Shown: positions 21,661 to 31,137 of the stretch, piece after piece
Position numbering within the stretch: the stretch's first letter is position 1
Layout: the number at the start of each line of letters is the position of its first letter
Origin: Patescibacteria group bacterium
Lineage (GTDB): Bacteria; Patescibacteriota; Microgenomatia; UBA1400; PJMF01
Assembly (NCBI GenBank): GCA_040879165.1
Contig: JBBDKV010000003.1
Span: forward strand, 46,838 to 110,837
Direction of reading: 5' to 3'
Length of the DNA: 64,000 nt
The notes under the pieces: generated by a model
Databases searched by the model: none
Seen by the model: the letters and a program-made list of their open reading frames with translations, nothing else
Told to the model about the DNA's origin: nothing
Made by a program: the position numbers and the translations under genes

Positions 21661-23007
21661 ATGTTGACTAGTTTATTGCATCAATACCGAGCAAGTATTC
21701 TCCTGCTCATTCTTGCGTTTGCCTTCGTAACTCGCATTCTGTTTGTTGATCAGCCAGAGGAATATTACTTTGATGAAGTCTACCACAGCGTTACTGCTCG
21801 ATTGATAGCTGAAAATGATCCCCGAGCCTTTGAATGGTGGAATACAGCGCCAGAGCAAGACACCGCTATCGATTGGCTCCACCCCCCTGTAGCTAAGTAC
21901 ATTCAAGCCAGTACAGTCCTGCTTTTTGGAGCCAATAGCTTCGGCTTTCGCTTTAGCTCAGTGCTGTTTGGCGTCGTAGTTATTCTGCTTACCTACCATG
22001 TGGCTCAACGCCTTTTTAACAATACTCGACTCAGCCTGCTGGCTGCTGCACTGGCTAGTTTTGATGGACTACTGCTCGCTCAATCAAGAATTACCATGAA
22101 CGATATTCATGTTACAGCCTTTATTCTACTCAGCACATTGTGTTTCTTGACGTATTTGCACAATCAAAACAGTAAATGGCTGCTATTGACCGGCGTGATA
22201 ACAGGCATAACCATCGCAACCAAATGGTCTGGCATTTTAATACTTCCGGCGTTTGTCGCTCTATTATTTTTTAATTGGCTCGCATCAGGCAATCAAATAC
22301 AAGTCAAAAAAATTGCTCAGGTTGTCGGTGCATTGGGCATCATTCCACTAATTGTATTTATTAGCAGCTATGCTCTTATGTTTGCGCAGGGTAAAGATCT
22401 CGCTCACTTTATAGAGTTACAAAAACAAGTTTGGTGGTATCAGACAACGTTATCTGCCACCCATCCAGCGCAATCGCGACCTTGGGAATGGGTCTTAAAT
22501 ACGAGTCCTGTTTGGTATCACGTTGATTACATCTCAGACGAGTTACGTGGCAACATTTATGCACAGGGCAATCTCCCGCTCTATTGGCTTGGAGCGATTG
22601 CTGTACTGGCCGCTAGTCTGCATGTTGCACGAAAGAAAATCACTGCTTTTACGGCTTCCCGAAATGCATCATATGTCCAGCGGTTGCAAGCAATTACTCG
22701 ATCAGTCGTCACTGAGCCAGTTGCGCCACTAGTACTGTTGTATTTTATACTTTGGGTACCGTGGCTTTTTTCTCCAAGAATTATGTTTTTCTATCACTAT
22801 GCACCAGCCGTGCCATTTATGTGCATTCTTTTGGCATGGTGGCTGCTCAGATTACAACAAAAAATCAAGCATGGTTCGTATCTTATCTGGACCGCTTTTC
22901 TTGTAATAGGTGTTTGGTTTGTAGCTTGGTACCCCTACTGGACTGGAGTTCCCACACCGATTATTTTTCACGAAAATATCTATCAATATTTTGATGTGTG
23001 GAAATAG
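21661..23007 (+). CDS. Protein O-mannosyltransferase-like GT39 (PMT family, GT-C)
   Basis: 448 aa. It has FDEVYH in loop 1, an R-rich loop and a polytopic topology. Confidence 0.7.
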   Translation: MLTSLLHQYRASILLLILAFAFVTRILFVDQPEEYYFDEVYHSVTARLIAENDPRAFEWWNTAPEQDTAIDWLHPPVAKYIQASTVLLFGANSFGFRFSSVLFGVVVILLTYHVAQRLFNNTRLSLLAAALASFDGLLLAQSRITMNDIHVTAFILLSTLCFLTYLHNQNSKWLLLTGVITGITIATKWSGILILPAFVALLFFNWLASGNQIQVKKIAQVVGALGIIPLIVFISSYALMFAQGKDLAHFIELQKQVWWYQTTLSATHPAQSRPWEWVLNTSPVWYHVDYISDELRGNIYAQGNLPLYWLGAIAVLAASLHVARKKITAFTASRNASYVQRLQAITRSVVTEPVAPLVLLYFILWVPWLFSPRIMFFYHYAPAVPFMCILLAWWLLRLQQKIKHGSYLIWTAFLVIGVWFVAWYPYWTGVPTPIIFHENIYQYFDVWK

Positions 23008-23012
23008 AAAAC

Positions 23013-26000
23013 CTACTTTTCATCTAAAAAATCTAAATTTCTCATTTCCTGGACCACCTCACGAATTACCTTCTTCAGCTCGCCTACCTCTTCGTCTACC
23101 AAATCAAAATGATGCTGTGTAATAATTTTTTTACTTTCAGCGTACAAAAACTCAAATTGACCGGCTATGACTGTTGGTTGAAAGGTGTTGTCTAAATCAG
23201 TCAATAATTTATAAAACAATAATTGTCGCTTATACGGACCGCGAATGCTTTCTGGCAAGGCACGTTCACGGTGCGAGAGTTTGTCAATAGCGGTCGCCCC
23301 GATAATGGCGTTTTTTGACTGAGGCTTACTAGCCTTATAGTCAATGACGCGAACTGTTTTTTCATCAGGACTGACCCAATCAATACGATCAATTCTCCCT
23401 GTCAATGCTATGTCATCCATCCAAACAGGTTTGCTCGTAGAACCAAAAGTTCGCTCAGTAAAGGCAAGCATTTCTGGCTGGAAAGGTTTCTCCTGATGAT
23501 AGGCCTCTACCACTGTTGTGCCCTGCTGTAATCGACGAGCGTGTTCATGCTCACCAAACTCTCCCTTGCGCAAACCTTCGTCAAGTGTGGCAATAATCTC
23601 TGCAAAGTCAATTGTTCGTCCAAGCAAGTGCTGCTTTACCAATTTCTCAATACCTGCATGCAAGGCAGTGCCGTAAATCATGTGCCCTTGCGCTACTTGC
23701 GGCACGCGTAAAACATCATTGAGCACAAATTCAGCGGGGTCTCTGAGGTATCGATTTAGAGCAGAAACTGACATCTTGAAATCTGCCATTTCTGATTGCA
23801 AAAACCGTCGTACCGCAGGAGTTCGATCAATCAAAACGGGCGGTGCCAAGAGCTGTGCTAAAGTAGGTTGCACCGCAGTATCATCAAGCGAAATCTGCTC
23901 AAGATCAGCGAAGATTCCAGCTTCATGCAAAAACATACTTGCCACTTGTGCCTTAGTTTTTCCTTTAGCAAGCAGTGTTTCTGGATAGGTGCAGTAGACA
24001 GCCTTGCTTGCTCGGGTGAGTGCGACATAAAACAATCGTCGATCATCTTCGTTGCGTTCTTTTTTAGTGACATCAGTATATTTCAAAACAGAATCAGGAA
24101 GTGGCAATAACTCCCGCTGACGCGCATTACCCCACTTCCCATCATAACAAGCTGTGATGAATACATACTGCCACTCTTTACCCTTGGCACCGTGAACTGT
24201 ACTCAACTCAACCGCTTCCTCAGCAAACGCTGAGCTACTGACCGGTATGCTCAGACCATGCAGTTGTAGTATTGCTGTGGACTCAAGCAGCTGCGACAGT
24301 GAGAATGAAGGTGCGCCATCCGCCCATTCCTGAACAGTTTTTTGAAAAGAAAGCAGTGCCATCAAATCAGGTAATCTTGACAGATCAGACCTTAGCCACT
24401 GAATGATGCCTGCTTGGTCAAATACCTCGCGCAACCAGTGAGAAATTCCTGTCTGAGCCGCTAGCTGACCAAGGCTCTCTAATTGGGCAACTACTTGCTG
24501 TATTTTTTCCAGCTCCGTTGCTGAGACATCTGGCAAAACCGCGACAAGTTCCTCTGTGTCCTTCTGCAACAAATGATAGAGTGATCCTCGTTCACGACCA
24601 GCTTTTTGTACCAACTGATAAACTACCGCTGATTCAAGTTCCCACCATGGTTGGAGTAAGACTTGATACAACGTATAACTATCTGCTTGGGCTTCAAGCT
24701 CATCAACGACTTGAATCAATCGCAACACGTCTTGTACTGCTTTAACGTTCAAAGCATTCTGTTCTGCTTGAGTTTTGGTAACAATGTTGTGTTGTGCTAG
24801 CACGTCTGCAAGCTGTAATGACTCAGCGTTGGTTTTAGTTAAAATTGCAATCTGATCAGCCGCAACGCCACGGTTGAGCAATTGTTTGATTTCTTGAACA
24901 AGTATCAACCATTCCTGAATATCTGAAGGCGTTGAGTAGGTAATAATTTGTTTGGTAGTGCGATCATGCTCTTGTTGACTCTGCAAAGACTGCTGTAGTT
25001 GTTGGCTAATAGCGGTCTCAATGCTAGTTCCTGACTGAGCGGTAAGCTGATTTTCACCAATCAGCTTGTGAGCGCTATCGTATATTGGTTGCGGACAGCG
25101 ATACCCCTGAGTCAAATTAATAACGGTTGCAGTAGGAAATCTCTCTAAAAATGCGTAGACATTTTCTACTGAAGCACCTTGAAATCGGAAAATTGCTTGG
25201 TGTGGATCACCTACCACAAAAATGTTAGCGGCTTCACCCCAGTGAGCACTCAATTGCCAAAGCAGCTCATTCTGCGTAGCATTGGTGTCCTGATACTCAT
25301 CAGTCAGTACGTACTGGTAGCGCTCCTGATAGGTCTGCAACAGCGTCGACTGCGTCTTAAATCCCTCAAGCACCAAATTAATCATATCGTCAAAGTCATA
25401 ACGCGCCATCTCACCAAGTGCCTGCTGGTACGCACTGAACACCTGAGCAAGTTCAGTATTTTTTTGTCTCTTTTTTTCAAAAGCGGCGAGCGTGGTTTTG
25501 TTTTTTGTGTCTGGAGGCTCAGCAAAGTCGTCTTTGACTAGTTTGGCAAAAGTTGTTGGATTGTAGCCTTCCTTTTTTACATTACTAATGGCCTCTAAAA
25601 TTGATCGCGCGTAATGTCGCGGGTCGTTGAGCGGTTTAAGCACTTCTAGCTCTAGTTCTGAGAGTAGTTTTTCTATCAAGAGATAGCGCTCCAAATCAGA
25701 CAACGCTTGGCTCGCGGGATTTATCGGAAACTGATCACTTTGCTCTGAAAGGACGTCTGCACAAAATGCGTGAAAAGTCATAATACTAACGTAGTAGCCC
25801 GTTTGACCAATCAGAGAAACAAGTCGCTCGCGCATGTTTTTAGCAGCTGCATCAGTGAAAGTAATGGCTAAAATGGACTGTGGTGGGGTGTCAGTTTTTT
25901 GCAATATTGCGGCAATTCTTGCCGCAAGCACTTGGGTTTTACCGGTGCCTGGACCAGCTAACACCATTACTGGGCCTTCAATTGTTTCCACTGCCTGTAA

Positions 26001-26084
26001 TTGTTCAGGATTCAGCATGGCCAATAAATTGCGATATTGATCTGCAGATTTGTCTTGTGAAGCGGTTGCTTTTGGAGAGGTCAT
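23013..26084 (-). CDS. UvrD/PcrA/AddA-family SF1 helicase fused to a C-terminal PD-(D/E)XK nuclease
   Basis: Helicase motifs: AGPGTGKT, TFTDAAAKNM, DEYQDTN, VGDPHQAIFRFQGA, YRCPQP, VHGAKGKEWQYVF. The C-terminus has RIDRIDWV...VIDYK (nuclease core). The start is trimmed to the Met at 26084 (MTSPKATAS); upstream codons translate a CAACAAG DNA repeat. Confidence 0.8.
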   Translation of the reverse strand: MTSPKATASQDKSADQYRNLLAMLNPEQLQAVETIEGPVMVLAGPGTGKTQVLAARIAAILQKTDTPPQSILAITFTDAAAKNMRERLVSLIGQTGYYVSIMTFHAFCADVLSEQSDQFPINPASQALSDLERYLLIEKLLSELELEVLKPLNDPRHYARSILEAISNVKKEGYNPTTFAKLVKDDFAEPPDTKNKTTLAAFEKKRQKNTELAQVFSAYQQALGEMARYDFDDMINLVLEGFKTQSTLLQTYQERYQYVLTDEYQDTNATQNELLWQLSAHWGEAANIFVVGDPHQAIFRFQGASVENVYAFLERFPTATVINLTQGYRCPQPIYDSAHKLIGENQLTAQSGTSIETAISQQLQQSLQSQQEHDRTTKQIITYSTPSDIQEWLILVQEIKQLLNRGVAADQIAILTKTNAESLQLADVLAQHNIVTKTQAEQNALNVKAVQDVLRLIQVVDELEAQADSYTLYQVLLQPWWELESAVVYQLVQKAGRERGSLYHLLQKDTEELVAVLPDVSATELEKIQQVVAQLESLGQLAAQTGISHWLREVFDQAGIIQWLRSDLSRLPDLMALLSFQKTVQEWADGAPSFSLSQLLESTAILQLHGLSIPVSSSAFAEEAVELSTVHGAKGKEWQYVFITACYDGKWGNARQRELLPLPDSVLKYTDVTKKERNEDDRRLFYVALTRASKAVYCTYPETLLAKGKTKAQVASMFLHEAGIFADLEQISLDDTAVQPTLAQLLAPPVLIDRTPAVRRFLQSEMADFKMSVSALNRYLRDPAEFVLNDVLRVPQVAQGHMIYGTALHAGIEKLVKQHLLGRTIDFAEIIATLDEGLRKGEFGEHEHARRLQQGTTVVEAYHQEKPFQPEMLAFTERTFGSTSKPVWMDDIALTGRIDRIDWVSPDEKTVRVIDYKASKPQSKNAIIGATAIDKLSHRERALPESIRGPYKRQLLFYKLLTDLDNTFQPTVIAGQFEFLYAESKKIITQHHFDLVDEEVGELKKVIREVVQEMRNLDFLDEK

Positions 26085-26208
26085 GGTGCAAGTATACCAA
26101 AGTACGCGTGTTGCAATATTTTTGCAATGTTGGTTATTTTTCGTATCGTTGCGCTTGTTGCCGTTCGTGTTGTAGTACTTGTTGCTGTACTTGTTGGGCC
26201 GAAGCAAG

Positions 26209-27030
26209 CTAGGCTGAGAAATCAAACTCGTTAAATGGCGGACAAACAATTCTATTACTTTCGCCAATTGCATCTATAGCGGCAACATCTTCATCTTCAA
26301 GTTGCCAATCTTGGGCCAGCAATGCATCCGCGATCCGCTCAGGCTTGCTTGAGCGAGGAATAACGATCATGTCCTTGCTCAGCAACCAATTAAGAATCAC
26401 TTGCGCAGGACTCCGTTGATATTTTTCTGCCAATGTTTGAATAATCGGCAACTGCAAGTCAGCTCCTTGAGCTATAGGAGAGTAGGCAGTGATACGTATA
26501 TCGTGTTCAGCACAAAAAGCGAGCAATTCTTCTTGATTAAGCGAGGGATGAAACTCAACTTGATTGATAGCAATAGTATGCCCAGTTTCTAAAGCCTGTT
26601 TAAGGTGAGCGATGGTAAAGTTTGATACGCCAAAAGACTTGATAATACCCTGCTTTTGCAAAGAAGCCATTGCCCCAAGCGTTTCGTCAATCGGAATATC
26701 ACGATTTGGCCAATGAATCAGTAGTAGATCAAGATACTCTGTTTGCAGTTCTTGCAAAAATCGCTCGGCAGCGCGCTGCAGATCCGCGGCATGCAGCTGA
26801 TCACGCCAAACCTTAGTCGTGAGAAAAATGTCTGAACGCTTGATGCCGCTATCCGCAATGCCTGCAGCTACATCAGCATGATTACCATATCGATCAGCGG
26901 TATCAAGGTGACGATGCCCCGCCGCAAGCGCTGTTGCCACTGCCTGCTGACAGGCTTTGCCAGTCAACTGCCAGGTGCCAAAACCGAGGGAGGGAATGGT
27001 GGTGTTTGGGTTGAGTTGTAGGGTTTTCAT
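26209..27030 (-). CDS. Aldo/keto reductase
   Basis: 273 aa. It has LGFGTWQL, DTADRYGN and IHWP motifs. Confidence 0.85.
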   Translation of the reverse strand: MKTLQLNPNTTIPSLGFGTWQLTGKACQQAVATALAAGHRHLDTADRYGNHADVAAGIADSGIKRSDIFLTTKVWRDQLHAADLQRAAERFLQELQTEYLDLLLIHWPNRDIPIDETLGAMASLQKQGIIKSFGVSNFTIAHLKQALETGHTIAINQVEFHPSLNQEELLAFCAEHDIRITAYSPIAQGADLQLPIIQTLAEKYQRSPAQVILNWLLSKDMIVIPRSSKPERIADALLAQDWQLEDEDVAAIDAIGESNRIVCPPFNEFDFSA

Positions 27031-27033
27031 GTT

Positions 27034-27273
27034 CTAATTTAAACTTTTTATTTCAATCTCAAGATTTCTAATCTGCGCTCTAACAGCTTTATTTGCACTC
27101 CTCAGTTCTGCTGCTTTTTCTGAATCATTTGTATGAGCAATTTTCCAGTCATTCCCACTTATGATCGTGAGATTATTGTTAACCTGAGCACGCAACTCTC
27201 TAATTTTTTCAGCATTTGTTTTAGCTGCATCATACGCCTCTTGATGACCTGGGTTTAATTCACTTTCTGACAT
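27034..27273 (-). CDS. Small hypothetical coiled-coil protein
   Basis: 79 aa. In tandem with the next ORF. No motif recognised. Confidence 0.35.
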   Translation of the reverse strand: MSESELNPGHQEAYDAAKTNAEKIRELRAQVNNNLTIISGNDWKIAHTNDSEKAAELRSANKAVRAQIRNLEIEIKSLN

Positions 27274-27288
27274 ATTTCCACCTTTCTC

Positions 27289-27546
27289 CTACTTCTTTAA
27301 ATCCTGCTTCAAACTCGCAATCCGTCGCTCCAGTAATGAGCTTCTCAACTCAAATGTTTTTGAAAGTGGATCATCAGTTGCGAACTGGCCCTTGATTGAT
27401 TGTTGGTGGGCGGTCTCCAATTGCGTGAGACGTCTGGTTGCTTGCTCCTGTTTACGAGTAGCAAATGTGTTCGATTGTTGTTTATTGTCGGTATTAGTGA
27501 CGTTCGCCGCAGAAAAACGTCTAATAGTTGGCTTGATCATATGCAA
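27289..27546 (-). CDS. Small hypothetical protein
   Basis: 85 aa. Q/R-rich, helical C-terminus. Confidence 0.3.
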   Translation of the reverse strand: MHMIKPTIRRFSAANVTNTDNKQQSNTFATRKQEQATRRLTQLETAHQQSIKGQFATDDPLSKTFELRSSLLERRIASLKQDLKK

Positions 27547-27828
27547 TAGTTGCGAGTACGTATCAAGTTGATAGTATCATGGATGTGCGCTGTTCTCAAT
27601 GCGACTGCCAATGATTGTGTGGTTTATTGTACGGAAGAATGTAAAGAAGCAACGTCAGTATTTCAGCAGCATTCACTGCACAAGCCTGCTTTTTTGATCT
27701 ATTTTAATCCAAAGAATCAAATTGACGTAGGTAACGGAACATAGTAGGTTATGAACAAGTGAGATGTGCTCACAATGGTACAAATCATTGAATTCCGTCA
27801 AATGATGGGTTCTTTCGAAAGGAAACGT

Positions 27829-28698
27829 ATGAATCTAAAACATGTATTGGTTGGTGTTGGCGCTCTTGCTCTCTCTGTGGGAGTGGTTTCTGCCAGTAGT
27901 CACTTACTGGAACCATTTACCCAGACTGAGCTGGATACCAACTGGGAAGCTGATCGAGCATTCCCCACTGATGGTGTAACGTCTGTCTCTGACTTTGGCA
28001 GAGATGATGTGGCTCGTATCGGCATTGATAGTTCAGAAACAGCTCCGGGAACTTTTCAAAGAACCGAAGGGATTAAAACTGTCGGTGATCAAAATTTTGG
28101 CACTGAAGTACAAGTTGATCTCTATGTTGACTCTGACTGGCAAGATTCAGCCGTTCGCTCTGGTTTCTGGGTAGTTGGTGACAATGACACCACTGCTACT
28201 GGTTCAGCAGCTCGTGACAATTGGTTTGGCATTATCGAGTATGTCAATCTCGAGCCGGCTGACAGCGGTGACTCAGCAGCAGACGATCATCAAGGCTGGC
28301 GTTTCTGGGATTCAACCAATGGTTGGACCGAGGTAGCCCATCCTGTCACCTATGATGAGTGGGCAACACTCAAAATTGTGCTTGATACCGATGCGCAAGA
28401 GTACCACTATTTCATCAATGATGATCAAATCGGTACTGGTCCAGCTGGCGAACACTTCATTCGCGAAATCTTCCTGAATAGCTACAACTATGGTTTGGAC
28501 TCTTATCCAAATCTCAATAGCGATAGCTATGCTGCTCACTGGCATGTCGGGGTGGAGGCACAGACGCCTACATCTAAAGACGACTGCAAAAAGGGAGGTT
28601 GGATGAACTTGGTAGATGAAGACGGCAACCAATTCAAAAACCAGGGACAATGTGTCAGCTCAGTAGCGACACAAGGTGCTCCAGGGAGGAATAGGTAA
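27829..28698 (+). CDS. Secreted protein of unknown function (possible jelly-roll/lectin-like fold)
   Basis: The start is trimmed to MNLKHVLVGVGALALS (signal peptide) with an AAGGAA SD. It is D/W/G-rich and ends in Cys-containing KDDCKKGGW...GQC. Confidence 0.55.
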   Translation: MNLKHVLVGVGALALSVGVVSASSHLLEPFTQTELDTNWEADRAFPTDGVTSVSDFGRDDVARIGIDSSETAPGTFQRTEGIKTVGDQNFGTEVQVDLYVDSDWQDSAVRSGFWVVGDNDTTATGSAARDNWFGIIEYVNLEPADSGDSAADDHQGWRFWDSTNGWTEVAHPVTYDEWATLKIVLDTDAQEYHYFINDDQIGTGPAGEHFIREIFLNSYNYGLDSYPNLNSDSYAAHWHVGVEAQTPTSKDDCKKGGWMNLVDEDGNQFKNQGQCVSSVATQGAPGRNR

Positions 28699-28724
28699 TT
28701 GATCTCACAGATCAATGTAAGAAA

Positions 28725-28752
28725 ACCCCTCTCAGTTGAGAGGGGTTTTTGG
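28725..28752 (+). terminator. Rho-independent terminator
   Basis: aaaaCCCCTCTCagttGAGAGGGGttttt. A 7-3-7 palindrome (TTGATCTcacAGATCAA) abuts the stop codon just upstream. Confidence 0.8.
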
Positions 28753-28913
28753 TATCAAAATTTAACTTACTCAGCATCACAGTATGCTTTGAAAGTCATC
28801 ATGTGATCTTGCAAAGTCTCGTGGGGGCCACCAAAACCTGGAATATTTTCGAAAGGATCTAAAAATCAAAGTTTGCCATGATATAATTTTATACATTTAA
28901 TGAATAAAATAGT

Positions 28914-29351
28914 ATGACAATAGAACAAACATATCAATCAATGACTTTCGGCTTTGGTTCAGAAGAAGAATTTGTACAAAAAGTTAAAGAATACGTAAAT
29001 GGTCTCCGCCAGGCATCGTCTGAATATGATAATCCGGAAGATCTTGACCTCTTTCTTGCTAAAAAAATTCAGCGACTAATCAATCGAAGAAATGCACAAA
29101 TAGATAATTTAGAAGAGCAACTTCTTAACCCAAACGCTTTGTATTTATATGTTCTTTCAATCTACTTAAAAGTTGTTGAGCTAGAAAATGATGGTAAATC
29201 CAGAATGGATATTGCTGATCAACTTTTAGAAACAGATGGAGAAAAAATTATGAAAATATTCAGCCTGTTGGAGACTGGATTGAATCAAAAATGGGCATAT
29301 ATTTTAATGCAAGAAATTTCAGCAGCAAAGACTCTAAAAAATAGTATTTAA
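28914..29351 (+). CDS. Hypothetical protein on a low-GC (~33%) segment
   Basis: 145 aa, helical. GC is well below the window mean. It is adjacent to tRNA-Pro. Confidence 0.45.
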   Translation: MTIEQTYQSMTFGFGSEEEFVQKVKEYVNGLRQASSEYDNPEDLDLFLAKKIQRLINRRNAQIDNLEEQLLNPNALYLYVLSIYLKVVELENDGKSRMDIADQLLETDGEKIMKIFSLLETGLNQKWAYILMQEISAAKTLKNSI

Positions 29352-29469
29352 ACAACGTTACTTAAGCATGCTTGTCTACATCCTGCTTCGTTGTCGGGCC
29401 AACTGGACTCTCCGCTTGGCGGAGTAAACTTCTCGTCCAGCACCCTCCTCGTTCGCTATCGCTCTCTTG

Positions 29470-29543
29470 TCGGGGTGACTGGACTCGAACCAGCGACCAC
29501 TCGCACCCCATGCGAGCATTCTAGCCATCTGAACTACACCCCG
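29470..29543 (-). tRNA. tRNA-Pro (anticodon GGG)
   Basis: Manual fold: acceptor CGGGGTG/CACCCCG, D-stem GTTC/GAAT, anticodon stem CTCGC/GCGAG with loop AUGGGGU (U33, GGG, G37), T-arm GCTGG-TTCGAGT-CCAGT, discriminator A. CCA is not encoded. Confidence 0.85.
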
Positions 29544-29738
29544 ACCGCTGCACAAAAACACAGCTTCTGAATTATACCAGCACTGACTGAGGACGGTACT
29601 GCTTAACACCGCCACAGCATACCACTCCAACTCTGACTCACAAACAGATGATCACTTTCCTACACTTTACTAAAGAATCATTTTGTACTATACAGATATC
29701 ACAAACGAATCCCCAATCTGAGGGTATGAAAGGATCAC

Positions 29739-30839
29739 ATGGCCAGACCTAGTAAAAACACACAGAGCGCTGACAAGAGCAAAACTGCCGCTACTACAAA
29801 CACCAATGACGAGAAAAAAGCTCGTCTTGAAGCAATCTCCATTGCTATGCAGCAAATTGAAAAAGAATTTGGCAAAGGCTCCATCATGAAGATGGGAACG
29901 GGAGGGCAGCAACGTGAGCGCATTCCCGTAGTACGCAGTGGCTCACTTGCTCTAGACTTAGCCCTTGGGGTTGGTGGGTATCCAAAAGGTAGAATCATTG
30001 AAATTTATGGTCCTGAAGCATCAGGAAAAACCACACTCTGTTTGCACGCAATTGCCAATGTTCAAAAAACTGGCGGAGTTGCCGCCTTTGTTGATGTAGA
30101 ACACGCTCTTGATCCACTCAGAGCTGAGAACATCGGCGTAAATTTGGATGACCTACTTATTTCACAACCAGATTACGGAGAACAGGCCTTAGAAATTGCT
30201 GAAACACTCATCCGCTCAGGAGGAGTTGATGTCCTCGTCATTGACTCAGTCGCAGCCCTCGTACCAAAAGCTGAAATCGAGGGAGAAATGGGTGATGCTC
30301 AGATGGGGTTGCAAGCTCGTCTTATGTCCCAAGCAATGCGTAAGCTAGCCGCAGCCATTAATCGCACTAAGACTCTAGTCATTTTCACCAACCAAATCAG
30401 AATGAAAATTGGTGTCATGTTCGGTAGTCCTGAAACTACTACTGGGGGTAACGCGCTTAAGTTTTACTCATCACAAAGGCTGGATGTTCGCAAAATAGGA
30501 AATATCCAAGAAGGTGAGAATGTTGTCGGTAGTCGCCATCGAGTTCGTGTCAAGAAAAATAAAGTAGCACCTCCTTTCCAAGTTGCTGAATTTGATATGG
30601 ACAACCAAGGCATTTCTCTCACAGGTGATGTAGTTGATCTGGGTGTTAAGTTCAAAGTCATTGAGCGATCTGGCAGCTTCTATAAATATGGTGGCGAAGT
30701 ACTAGCGCAAGGAAGAGAAGCCACTAAACAAAACCTTGCTGAAAACAAGGAGTTACTCAGTAAATTGCAAAAAGAGATTTGGCAAGCAGCCACAGCAGCA
30801 CCTGGAGATGCCAAAGGTATCAAAGCTGAGAAAAGCTGA
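29739..30839 (+). CDS. recA: Recombinase RecA
   Basis: 366 aa. It has [10 protein letters not shown] (Walker A) and the core [14 protein letters not shown], plus a K/T-rich N-terminal extension. Confidence 0.95.
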   Translation: MARPSKNTQSADKSKTAATTNTNDEKKARLEAISIAMQQIEKEFGKGSIMKMGTGGQQRERIPVVRSGSLALDLALGVGGYPKGRIIEIYGPEASGKTTLCLHAIANVQKTGGVAAFVDVEHALDPLRAENIGVNLDDLLISQPDYGEQALEIAETLIRSGGVDVLVIDSVAALVPKAEIEGEMGDAQMGLQARLMSQAMRKLAAAINRTKTLVIFTNQIRMKIGVMFGSPETTTGGNALKFYSSQRLDVRKIGNIQEGENVVGSRHRVRVKKNKVAPPFQVAEFDMDNQGISLTGDVVDLGVKFKVIERSGSFYKYGGEVLAQGREATKQNLAENKELLSKLQKEIWQAATAAPGDAKGIKAEKS

Positions 30840-30842
30840 GAA

Positions 30843-30871
30843 TTGACGCTTTGCACAGTCAGGAGTATAAT
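30843..30871 (+). promoter_or_regulatory. Near-consensus sigma-70-type promoter (TTGACG-17-TATAAT) downstream of recA and upstream of rny
   Basis: TTGACG at 30843-30848, a 17-nt spacer, TATAAT at 30866-30871. It lies about 265 nt upstream of the rny ATG. Confidence 0.55.
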
Positions 30872-31137
30872 TTAAGGACTCTTGAAACAGGAATTTAAGG
30901 GGAAAATATACATTTAATTTAGTACTAAGTCGTAGTGAAACATACATATTTATATGCAATATCACCAGCAGTATACTCTGCGCTGACCCAACACCACTTG
31001 TTGAGTCGTGTGTGCCGTTGCAATGTGTACAGCAATATTTAGTCTAATTGTTGCTAATCTACCACTCCTTTTTTCCTGTTTCATTGATCCATGCATTGCT
31101 TTTTAGCAAGCATGTTTGTTATTAGGTAAGGAGTATC

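Noticed and set aside
26085-26273. N-terminal 63 codons of the helicase ORF as given in the track
   Set aside because: They translate a CAACAAG DNA repeat (NKYSNKYYNTNGNKRND) and overlap the aldo-keto reductase gene. The helicase core starts at the Met at 26084.
29376-29630. 84-aa minus-strand ORF (contains GRWFESSHPD)
   Set aside because: It is the translation of the tRNA-Pro gene and its flanking hairpin. 'WFES' is the classic T-arm read-through artefact.
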